From Mycobacterium tuberculosis H37Rv (GTDB lineage Bacteria; Actinomycetota; Actinomycetes; Mycobacteriales; Mycobacteriaceae), in assembly GCF_000195955.2 (NCBI RefSeq), contig NC_000962.3, positions 990,001-1,022,000 of the forward strand: 32,000 nt of DNA, read 5' to 3'. Below, one piece after another: positions 1 to 7,781 of the stretch. The notes beneath the pieces are model-generated. The model searched no databases and had not been told where the DNA came from. It saw only the letters and a list, made by a program, of their open reading frames with translations. The translations under genes and the position numbers were made by a program. Each line of letters starts with the position of its first letter. Within the stretch, counting starts at the first letter, position 1.

Positions 1-2596
1 GCAAGCCAAGTTTGGCGTAGACGTGGGTGAGGTGGGTTTGCACAGTGCGCGGCGAGACGAAAAGCCGTTTTGCAATGTCCTTGTTGGATAACCCCTCGCT
101 GACCAACCGCACGACGTCGCGTTCGGTCGGGGTCAACGAGCCCCACCCGCGGGCCGGTCGCTTGCGTTCACCGCGACCGCGTTGTGCATATGCGATCGCC
201 TCGTCGGTGGACAAGGCGGCCCCCTCGGCCCAGGCGCGGTCGAAATCCTCATCACCCATCGCCTCACGAAGCGCCGTCACCGAGGCCTGGTAGCCGGCAT
301 CCCAAATCTTGAAGCGGACCTGACGTGTCTGTTGCCGAAGGGCGGCTGCGGCACCGAGAAGGCGGACACCTTCGGAGTGACTGCCGACCTCGCCGGCCAG
401 GCCGGCGAGGAGTTCCATGGCATCTGGCATGCCCTGGTAGATGTGCAGCTCGGCGCCGCACGCCAGCGCAGCATGAGCATCATCGCGCGCCAGTTCTGGT
501 TCGCCCCGTGCGGTGGCTACGCGCGCGCGTATTGTCAACGCCACCATTCGGTGCCACCCATTGGTCGCATCGACGGCGTCGTTGGCGAACTGTCGTGCGG
601 CGATCGCATCACCTCCTGCCAGGGCTAACTGCGCCATCAGGACCTGGTGCATGGTCACCTGGTCGGGCTGGGCCCTAAGAATCGGCCGCGCCGCGTCGCT
701 GGCCTCGAGCGCTGCCGTGACATCACCGGCGGCCAGCGCGGCGTACGTCATCGCCGCATAACCAATGCCTTGGTACACACCGCCTAACTCCGTCGCGGCT
801 GCAATGCACGCCCCGGCTATGGCGTGGGCCGCGCTGGCGCCGCAATACGCCAGCACCTGGGCTTGGGTATATAGGCCGAGAACCTTTGTCGGCACATCGT
901 TGGATGCCTCGGCCTCGGCAGTGATTTCCCTGGATAGCTCGAGGGCTTCGGTCAGATTGCCAGCCCACATCTGCGCCAAACTAAGCCACAAGCTGCAGTG
1001 ACGTGAGACGAACCGGTCGCCGATGGTGTCGGCCAGGTCGCGGCATTCTTCTGCCGCGGCTCGCAAAGCATTCGGGTCACCTGATATGCAGGTCCCCACC
1101 CCCCGCCAGTAGAGGATTTGACACAGCGTCCATTTGTCGTCAATAGCGCGTGCCAGGTCGGTCGCTTCGGCGAAATAGGGCGCAGCGGCCTCCGCGTTGT
1201 AGCCACTGCTACAGCCGCAGGCGGTGAGCGCCCGCACCAACGCGGCGGGGTCGCCCACCTCACGTGCCATCGCCAGCGCTTGTTGTGCGGGAGCGATGAT
1301 GTCGGTGGCGCCTACCGGACTGGTGGCCAGCCAGGTACTGAGCATTGCCTTGTCAGCGAGCGCTCGCGCCCGTACTGCTGTTGACACAGCGAGCCGGTGG
1401 AACCTTTGGTCTTCCAGGATCGAGTTGAACCAGGACAACCCCTCGCGCAGGTGCGCCCGCCCGAACCAGATTGGTTGCAGCGAAGATGCGAGCTGTAACG
1501 CTTCGGTGATATGGCCATTTTCCCGGCTCCAGGCGAACGCGGCGCGCAGGTTGTCGATCTCGGTCTCAGCCCGGGCGACAAGCCGTTGGTGATCGTTGTC
1601 CGCAGGAGTGTTGAGTGAGGCGGCCAGCGCCGTGTAGTAGTCACGGTGACGTGCGTGCACATCGGCCTCGCCGGAGTCGCCCAGTTTTTCCAGCGCGTAC
1701 CGACGCACCGTTTCCAGCAGCCGGTACCGCGTGCGGCCCTGGCAGTCGTCGGCCACCACCAGCGACTTGTCTACCAGCAGGGTCAGCTGATCAAGCACCG
1801 AAAACGGATCCAGGTCGCTACCGGCGGCGACCGCCCGCACCGCGGCGAGGTCGAACCCGCCGACAAATGGCGCCAGTCGCCGAAACAAGATTTGCTCGGT
1901 CTCGGTCAGCAGTGCATGCGACCAATCGATCGAGGCGCGAAGTGTCTGCTGGCGCTGCACCGCGCCCCGCACACCGCCGGCCAACAGCCGGAAACAGTCG
2001 TCCAGACCGTCGGCAATCTCGAGCGGTGACATCGACCGCACCCGTGCGGCAGCGAACTCGATCGCCAGCGGTATGCCGTCTAGCCGCCGGCAGATCTCGC
2101 CGACGGCCGCGGCGTTGTGATTGGCGATGGTGAACCCGGGCTGAACTCGGCTGGCTCGGTCAGCAAACAATTCGACTGCTTCGTCGGTTATCGACATCGA
2201 CGGTACGCGCCAGGTGATCTCGCCGGCCATCCCGATCGGCTCCCGGCTAGTCGCTAAGATCGTCAGCTCCGGACAGGCCCCCAATAGCTCAACGACCAAC
2301 GCTGCGCACGCATCGAGAAGATGTTCACAGTTGTCCAACACCATGAGCATGCGGCGATTGCCGATGAATCGGCGAAGACTATCCATGGTTGAACGGCCCG
2401 GCTGATCGGGCAGACCCACGGCGCGCGCAGCCGTGGCTGCGACGATCCCGGATTCAGTGATCGGGGCCAGATCGACAAAGCACAAACCGTCGCGAAGTTC
2501 GGATGCACTCGCGATCTGGATTGCCAGACGGGTCTTGCCGACACCGCCGGTTCCGCATAGCGTCACGAGCCGGTTCTGCGCCAACAGTGCCCGCAC
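1..2596 (-). CDS. Rv0890c: LuxR-family large ATP-binding (LAL/STAND-type) regulator: P-loop NTPase + TPR-like helical repeats + C-terminal GerE/LuxR HTH. Matches M. tuberculosis Rv0890c. The 3' end runs off the left edge of the window.
   Basis: Absent from the ORF track because it has no stop in the window. My own minus-strand translation from GTG at 2596-2594 is uninterrupted down to base 2. It begins VRALLAQNRLVTLCGTGGVGKTRLAIQ (Walker A GTGGVGKT) and has Walker B MLMVLDNCEH. It shares a long colinear match with Rv0894 in this window (GEICRRLDGIPLAIEFAAAR etc.), followed by an Ala/Leu-rich repeat region. The HTH LTPTERDVVRLVSEGLSNKDIAKRLFVSPRTVQTHLTHVYAKLGL lies at about bases 136-2. Confidence 0.9.
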   Translation of the reverse strand, partial: MRALLAQNRLVTLCGTGGVGKTRLAIQIASASELRDGLCFVDLAPITESGIVAATAARAVGLPDQPGRSTMDSLRRFIGNRRMLMVLDNCEHLLDACAALVVELLGACPELTILATSREPIGMAGEITWRVPSMSITDEAVELFADRASRVQPGFTIANHNAAAVGEICRRLDGIPLAIEFAAARVRSMSPLEIADGLDDCFRLLAGGVRGAVQRQQTLRASIDWSHALLTETEQILFRRLAPFVGGFDLAAVRAVAAGSDLDPFSVLDQLTLLVDKSLVVADDCQGRTRYRLLETVRRYALEKLGDSGEADVHARHRDYYTALAASLNTPADNDHQRLVARAETEIDNLRAAFAWSRENGHITEALQLASSLQPIWFGRAHLREGLSWFNSILEDQRFHRLAVSTAVRARALADKAMLSTWLATSPVGATDIIAPAQQALAMAREVGDPAALVRALTACGCSSGYNAEAAAPYFAEATDLARAIDDKWTLCQILYWRGVGTCISGDPNALRAAAEECRDLADTIGDRFVSRHCSLWLSLAQMWAGNLTEALELSREITAEAEASNDVPTKVLGLYTQAQVLAYCGASAAHAIAGACIAAATELGGVYQGIGYAAMTYAALAAGDVTAALEASDAARPILRAQPDQVTMHQVLMAQLALAGGDAIAARQFANDAVDATNGWHRMVALTIRARVATARGEPELARDDAHAALACGAELHIYQGMPDAMELLAGLAGEVGSHSEGVRLLGAAAALRQQTRQVRFKIWDAGYQASVTALREAMGDEDFDRAWAEGAALSTDEAIAYAQRGRGERKRPARGWGSLTPTERDVVRLVSEGLSNKDIAKRLFVSPRTVQTHLTHVYAKLGL

Positions 2597-2597
2597 C

Positions 2598-3455
2598 TCA
2601 GCTTATTTGCGCACGGCGGCCCACAAATGTGGTGAACTGCGCCGGGAGAATCGATGTCGGGCTGGATTTGGCCGTGCGCAGTGGGGGAAACTTTTCGCGA
2701 ATGTCGGGGTGGCACAACTGCATGACCCATTCGGGACGAGGTAGACCGCGCAGCGGGTGGCGGCCGAGATCGACAAGCCATGCATCGGCTGGGAGCCGGC
2801 CAGTCACTAAATCACCTGTCGCAGCTGACAGGACAACCTGACCCCCGTGTGCCAAATCGCGGAGACGCGCCGTCCGGTTGATAGTGGGGCCGACATAGAG
2901 TTCGTCGCGCAACTGTACCTCGCCTGTATGAAGACCTATACGTAGTCGGATCGGCGCGAGCGAGGTCCGCTGCAGATCCAGCGCGCATGCAGCGGCATCG
3001 CTAGCGCGAGTGAAAGCCGCAACGAAGCTATCACCCTCGTACCGTTTGACCGGCTGCACCCCACCGTGATTCGTGATAGCTTCCGACACAGTGTGATCCA
3101 AGTGCGCGATGGCGGTCGCCATGTCCTCTGGGCACATTTGCCATAGGTGGGTCGATTCCTCGACGTCGGCTAAGAGCAATGTCACCGTGCCCGTCGGCGG
3201 CAATCTGCTCACGTCTAATCCCTGGTTGGCTATAAGGACGCGTCTGCGTGGGGGAACGAACTCACATCGGCCAACATCTGGTGGAGCCGCATAGCAGCGG
3301 AGCGAATGGTACCGGAGATCCAGCGATCCTAGCGCAGATATACGAACCCTGGCGACGCACTTTGCGCATGTTGGCGGATGATCTTCGCCCCGCAGGATCG
3401 CATGGTCGATGTCGATGTTGGGAGGAAGGCTGTTATGAACTGCGTTGAAGAGCAC
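2598..3455 (-). CDS. Rv0891c: Class III adenylate/guanylate cyclase domain protein (Rv0891c). The 5' end as given is the longest ORF; the true start may be internal (about 3212 or 3203).
   Basis: Track ORF of 285 aa. The cyclase catalytic core is recognisable from GTVTLLLADVEESTHLW through GDSFVAAFTRASDAAACALDLQ, IRLRIGLHTGEV and GPTINRTARLRDLAHGGQVVLS. The C-terminus (TTFVGRRAQIS*) is the linker normally found in front of the STAND ATPase domain. Confidence 0.85.
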   Translation of the reverse strand: MLFNAVHNSLPPNIDIDHAILRGEDHPPTCAKCVARVRISALGSLDLRYHSLRCYAAPPDVGRCEFVPPRRRVLIANQGLDVSRLPPTGTVTLLLADVEESTHLWQMCPEDMATAIAHLDHTVSEAITNHGGVQPVKRYEGDSFVAAFTRASDAAACALDLQRTSLAPIRLRIGLHTGEVQLRDELYVGPTINRTARLRDLAHGGQVVLSAATGDLVTGRLPADAWLVDLGRHPLRGLPRPEWVMQLCHPDIREKFPPLRTAKSSPTSILPAQFTTFVGRRAQIS

Positions 3456-3852
3456 GATACGTGTCTGACCACTGCTATCACGTCATCGCAACACCTTCGC
3501 GGCGCCGCGAAGCCAATAAGCACACTACAGTTCGGGGAAGACACCTGGCCCATCCTCGAAACAGGCCTCTCGCAGCGATGTTCATTACCGCCCAAAGAGA
3601 TTGTCTTCGGCGCTGCACGGTGGGCGCTCGCGGCGGCCCGCGGGATGCTACCGCGGCCCACGACCGACAGCCCACCGCAGCGTCAGCGCTACCCGAAGCG
3701 CTACCGATTCCTGGAGCACTCCTGCCTAGAACGCGAGATGCGTCGACTATAGAACAGCGTCGCGTGTTTGTCTCGGTAGCTGCTCTGTATAGTATGCGTT
3801 GCTTAACCGCATGTGGGAGGGTGATTTTGGGCTGTTCTGGGGGGTCGGAGCG

Positions 3853-5340
3853 ATGACCGGGCGATGTCCGACGGTTGCCGTGGTCGGAGCGGGTATGTCC
3901 GGAATGTGCGTCGCAATTACGTTGCTGAGCGCAGGGATTACTGATGTCTGCATCTATGAAAAGGCCGACGATGTTGGCGGAACGTGGCGCGATAACACCT
4001 ATCCAGGTCTGACATGTGATGTGCCGTCCCGGCTCTATCAGTACAGCTTTGCCAAGAATCCGAACTGGACCCAGATGTTTTCACGCGGAGGCGAAATCCA
4101 AGATTACTTGCGTGGGATCGCCGAGCGCTACGGGCTGAGGCACCGGATTCGGTTTGGCGCCACGGTTGTCAGCGCCCGATTCGACGACGGCCGGTGGGTG
4201 TTGCGCACCGATTCCGGAACGGAGTCGACAGTAGACTTCTTGATTTCGGCCACCGGCGTTTTACATCATCCCCGAATACCGCCGATCGCTGGTTTGGACG
4301 ACTTCAGGGGGACGGTGTTTCACTCGGCTCGCTGGGATCACACGGTTCCGCTGCTGGGACGCCGAATCGCGGTGATCGGTACCGGGTCCACGGGCGTACA
4401 ACTCGTCTGCGGCCTGGCTGGGGTCGCGGGTAAAGTCACCATGTTCCAGCGCACCGCACAATGGGTGCTGCCGTGGCCTAACCCTCGATACTCGAAGCTG
4501 GCGCGTGTTTTCCACCGCGCTTTTCCGTGTCTGGGTTCGCTGGCCTATAAGGCATATAGCCTTTCCTTCGAAACGTTCGCGGTTGCGCTCAGCAATCCAG
4601 GTTTGCACCGAAAGCTGGTAGGGGCCGTGTGTCGCGCCAGCTTACGTCGGGTGCGTGACCCCCGACTGCGTCGGGCACTGACGCCTGATTACGAGCCGAT
4701 GTGCAAACGGCTAGTGATGTCCGGCGGATTCTATCGGGCGATTCAGCGTGACGACGTCGAATTAGTCACCGCCGGTATCGATCACGTCGAACATCGGGGC
4801 ATCGTCACCGATGATGGTGTGTTGCACGAGGTGGACGTCATCGTGCTTGCCACGGGGTTTGACTCTCATGCATTTTTCCGGCCGATGCAGCTGACCGGTC
4901 GCGACGGCATCAGGATCGACGATGTGTGGCAAGACGGTCCGCATGCTCATCAAACCGTCGCAATACCTGGATTTCCGAACTTCTTTATGATGTTGGGGCC
5001 ACACAGCCCAGTGGGAAACTTCCCGCTGACAGCGGTCGCCGAATCTCAGGCTGAACACATAGTGCAGTGGATAAAGCGATGGCGCCATGGTGAATTCGAC
5101 ACCATGGAACCGAAGTCAGCTGCTACCGAAGCATATAACACGGTGTTGCGGGCCGCGATGCCGAACACCGTCTGGACCACCGGCTGCGACAGCTGGTACC
5201 TGAACAAAGACGGTATTCCTGAGGTTTGGCCATTTGCACCGGCCAAACACCGCGCCATGCTCGCTAACCTACATCCCGAAGAATACGACCTGCGACGCTA
5301 TGCTGCGGTGCGCGCAACTAGTCGGCCTCAAAGCGCTTGA
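3853..5340 (+). CDS. Rv0892: Flavin-dependent Baeyer-Villiger-type monooxygenase (Rv0892)
   Basis: The track ORF is 3799-5340. An internal ATG at 3853 puts the FAD Rossmann motif [11 protein letters not shown] near the N-terminus. A second dinucleotide fold [12 protein letters not shown] is present, as is the BVMO fingerprint FxGxxxHxxxW ([12 protein letters not shown]). Confidence 0.88.
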   Translation: MTGRCPTVAVVGAGMSGMCVAITLLSAGITDVCIYEKADDVGGTWRDNTYPGLTCDVPSRLYQYSFAKNPNWTQMFSRGGEIQDYLRGIAERYGLRHRIRFGATVVSARFDDGRWVLRTDSGTESTVDFLISATGVLHHPRIPPIAGLDDFRGTVFHSARWDHTVPLLGRRIAVIGTGSTGVQLVCGLAGVAGKVTMFQRTAQWVLPWPNPRYSKLARVFHRAFPCLGSLAYKAYSLSFETFAVALSNPGLHRKLVGAVCRASLRRVRDPRLRRALTPDYEPMCKRLVMSGGFYRAIQRDDVELVTAGIDHVEHRGIVTDDGVLHEVDVIVLATGFDSHAFFRPMQLTGRDGIRIDDVWQDGPHAHQTVAIPGFPNFFMMLGPHSPVGNFPLTAVAESQAEHIVQWIKRWRHGEFDTMEPKSAATEAYNTVLRAAMPNTVWTTGCDSWYLNKDGIPEVWPFAPAKHRAMLANLHPEEYDLRRYAAVRATSRPQSA

Positions 5341-6295
5341 AGCCTATCGAGGTGCTGGACGGTGACGTTCGCGCGGGATCGGCCACTAATCCCGTTCTGA
5401 CGGCGCTGACAAAGGTTATAGCGGTGACCATTGGCGCAGCTTCGGTATCGGCTTCGGGCACCGCTCGGCCGACGCGGCGCAGATACTCGGCCAATGGAGT
5501 AGCGGTCGCGCGCCAGCCTCGCTCATCGAACCATTCCGTGGCCCGCGCCCACCGCTCGTTGTAGACCATTTGAAAGAACCTGCGCGGGTCGCCTTGGGCG
5601 TTCGCGGCGCGTTCTCGTTCGAGCTTCGCTGCGAATTCGCAAGGGTCCAGTGGAGTTGCTTCCTCGACAGCAACGTGGCTACCGGGGCTAGCCAAGGTGT
5701 CGATGCCGATAAACAGGCGCTGCTGGGCCTCGGCCGAGAGATAGACCAGCAGGCCCTCGGCGATCCAAGCCGACGGCCGGTTGGCATCAAATCCGTTGTT
5801 ACACAAGGCTATCTGCCACTCATCGCGCAGATCGACAGCAACCGACCGACGTTGGGCTCGCGGCCGTATGTGATAGTCGGCGAGCACCGCGTTCTTGAAG
5901 TCGAGGACCTGAGGTCGATCCAACTCGAAGATTGTTGTCCCGATTGGCCATTGCAATCGGAATGCACGGGAATCCAATCCTGCAGCCAAGATGACCACCT
6001 GCTTCATGCCGGCGGCCGTTGCCCGGGAGAAATACTCGTCGAAATACCTGGTGCGGGCACCTTGGAAGTTGACGAAATGCTCACCGAAGTCCCCGGTTGT
6101 CAGATAGTGATCGGGCAGCTTGCCGTCCAATACGTCGGCCCATTCACCACCTGCGGCACGGCAGAAAACCTCGGCATAGGGATCGATGGCCAGCGGATCG
6201 GCCTTCTGCGTCTCCAATGCTCTTGCGGCGGCTACCAATAGTCCTGTCGAACCAACACTCGTGGTGACATCCCAGCTATCGTCCTCGGTCCGCAT
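5318..6295 (-). CDS. Rv0893c: S-adenosylmethionine-dependent methyltransferase of the mycobacterial LCMT-like/TIGR00027 paralogue family (Rv0893c)
   Basis: Track ORF of 325 aa. It carries the family-typical N-terminus ([21 protein letters not shown]), the SAM-binding block [15 protein letters not shown] and [10 protein letters not shown]. Its 3' end overlaps Rv0892 by 23 nt (convergent). Confidence 0.88.
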   Translation of the reverse strand: MRTEDDSWDVTTSVGSTGLLVAAARALETQKADPLAIDPYAEVFCRAAGGEWADVLDGKLPDHYLTTGDFGEHFVNFQGARTRYFDEYFSRATAAGMKQVVILAAGLDSRAFRLQWPIGTTIFELDRPQVLDFKNAVLADYHIRPRAQRRSVAVDLRDEWQIALCNNGFDANRPSAWIAEGLLVYLSAEAQQRLFIGIDTLASPGSHVAVEEATPLDPCEFAAKLERERAANAQGDPRRFFQMVYNERWARATEWFDERGWRATATPLAEYLRRVGRAVPEADTEAAPMVTAITFVSAVRTGLVADPARTSPSSTSIGFKRFEAD

Positions 6296-6523
6296 TCATC
6301 GAACTCTAGTTGCTCCAGTCCGCCCACCGCTGTCGGTATCCCAGCGCAGTCGGCCGTGCACACATATCTGCGCGGTGGACTTGGTACTTCTACGCGCATT
6401 CGCCGATGTTTTGCGATCCGCGGCGGGTCTATGGTGCCATTTATGTGCCAGGATCGGTCTTCAATAACAACGTCGCGAAGCGAGGGGTCGTGACGTGAGA
6501 GGGCTCGCTTATGCCGGCGGTGG

Positions 6524-7705
6524 ATGCCCAGTAGGGCGACGGTCCAGGAATTCTCAGACAGTTATCCGTTCTGCCACAATGGATTCCGGCCGATCATGAT
6601 GCCAAAGATCGTCTCCGTCCAACATTCCACTCGCCGCCACTTGACGAGCTTTGTCGGTCGCAAGGCTGAGCTGAACGACGTGCGGCGGCTCCTGTCCGAC
6701 AAACGACTGGTGACGCTTACCGGTCCGGATGGGATGGGGAAATCCCGTCTCGCGCTGCAGATCGGCGCCCAGATTGCACACGAATTCACTTATGGCCGTT
6801 GGGATTGCGACTTGGCTACGGTCACTGACCGAGACTGCGTGTCCATCTCGATGCTGAATGCCTTGGGCTTGCCTGTCCAGCCGGGTTTGTCTGCGATCGA
6901 CACGCTCGTCGGTGTCATCAATGATGCTCGGGTGCTGCTGGTGTTGGACCATTGTGAGCATTTGCTGGACGCGTGTGCCGCAATAATTGATTCGCTGTTA
7001 CGTTCCTGTCCGAGATTGACGATCCTGACGACAAGTACCGAAGCGATCGGGTTGGCGGGCGAGCTGACCTGGCGGGTGCCCCCGTTGTCGCTGACCAACG
7101 ATGCCATCGAGCTGTTTGTCGACCGGGCACGCCGAGTGCGGTCGGATTTTGCGATTAATGCCGATACCGCGGTGACGGTCGGGGAAATCTGCCGACGCTT
7201 GGACGGTGTGCCACTGGCGATCGAGCTGGCCGCGGCGCGAACGGACACCTTGTCGCCGGTGGAGATCCTTGCTGGTCTAAATGACCGATTCCGGCTGGTG
7301 GCCGGTGCTGCGGGCAACGCGGTGCGCCCCGAACAGACGCTGTGTGCCACGGTGCAATGGTCGCATGCTCTGTTGAGTGGACCTGAGCGTGCGTTGTTGC
7401 ACCGGTTGGCAGTCTTCGCCGGCGGGTTCGACCTTGACGGCGCCCAGGCGGTCGGTGCCAATGACGAGGACTTCGAGGGCTACCAGACACTCGGCCGGTT
7501 TGCCGAGTTGGTGGACAAGGCATTTGTCGTCGTCGAAAACAACAGGGGCCGAGCGGGATACCGGTTGCTGTATTCGGTGCGTCAGTACGCGTTGGAGAAG
7601 CTCAGTGAGTCGGGAGAGGCCGACGCCGTGCTTGCGCGTTACCGCAAGCACCTCAAACAACCCAACCAGGTAGTGCGTGCTGGGTCAGGCGGGGTTCGGT
7701 ACTGA
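6524..7705 (+). CDS. Rv0894: STAND/NB-ARC-like P-loop ATPase module only; a truncated paralogue of the Rv0890c N-terminal half with no cyclase, TPR or HTH domain (Rv0894, annotated as a possible LuxR-family regulator)
   Basis: Track ORF of 393 aa. FVGRKAELNDVRRLLSDKRLVTLTGPDGMGKSRLALQIG aligns residue for residue with the Rv0891c/Rv0890c junction. The colinear match continues through VLLVLDHCEHLLDACAA, GEICRRLDGVPLAIELAAAR and RQYALEKLSESGEAD. It then stops 20-odd residues later, where the Rv0890c TPR region begins. Confidence 0.85.
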   Translation: MPSRATVQEFSDSYPFCHNGFRPIMMPKIVSVQHSTRRHLTSFVGRKAELNDVRRLLSDKRLVTLTGPDGMGKSRLALQIGAQIAHEFTYGRWDCDLATVTDRDCVSISMLNALGLPVQPGLSAIDTLVGVINDARVLLVLDHCEHLLDACAAIIDSLLRSCPRLTILTTSTEAIGLAGELTWRVPPLSLTNDAIELFVDRARRVRSDFAINADTAVTVGEICRRLDGVPLAIELAAARTDTLSPVEILAGLNDRFRLVAGAAGNAVRPEQTLCATVQWSHALLSGPERALLHRLAVFAGGFDLDGAQAVGANDEDFEGYQTLGRFAELVDKAFVVVENNRGRAGYRLLYSVRQYALEKLSESGEADAVLARYRKHLKQPNQVVRAGSGGVRY

Positions 7706-7781
7706 TGCGTGAACGTAGCTTAACCGTCGGTGGGAATTGACCGCGCCACCCATAGCAGTCGAGAGGAACACCCGCAGCAAA

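Noticed and set aside
3747-3791. Imperfect inverted repeat CTATAGAACAGC ... GCTCTGTATAG upstream of Rv0892, considered as an operator
   Set aside because: Only the CTATA ends and a few inner bases are complementary. That is too degenerate to call a regulatory site from sequence alone.
3461-3856. 131-aa plus-strand ORF upstream of and overlapping the Rv0892 start, plus the 18-codon extension 3799-3852
   Set aside because: It has no motifs, is Arg-rich and lies in the divergent promoter region. The FAD-binding GxGxxG of Rv0892 argues for ATG 3853.
6790-7461. 223-aa minus-strand ORF and 8216-9136 306-aa plus-strand out-of-frame ORF inside Rv0894/Rv0895
   Set aside because: They are out-of-frame or antisense to genes with clear family motifs (Walker A/B; HHxxxDG). 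Their composition is typical of GC-driven open frames.
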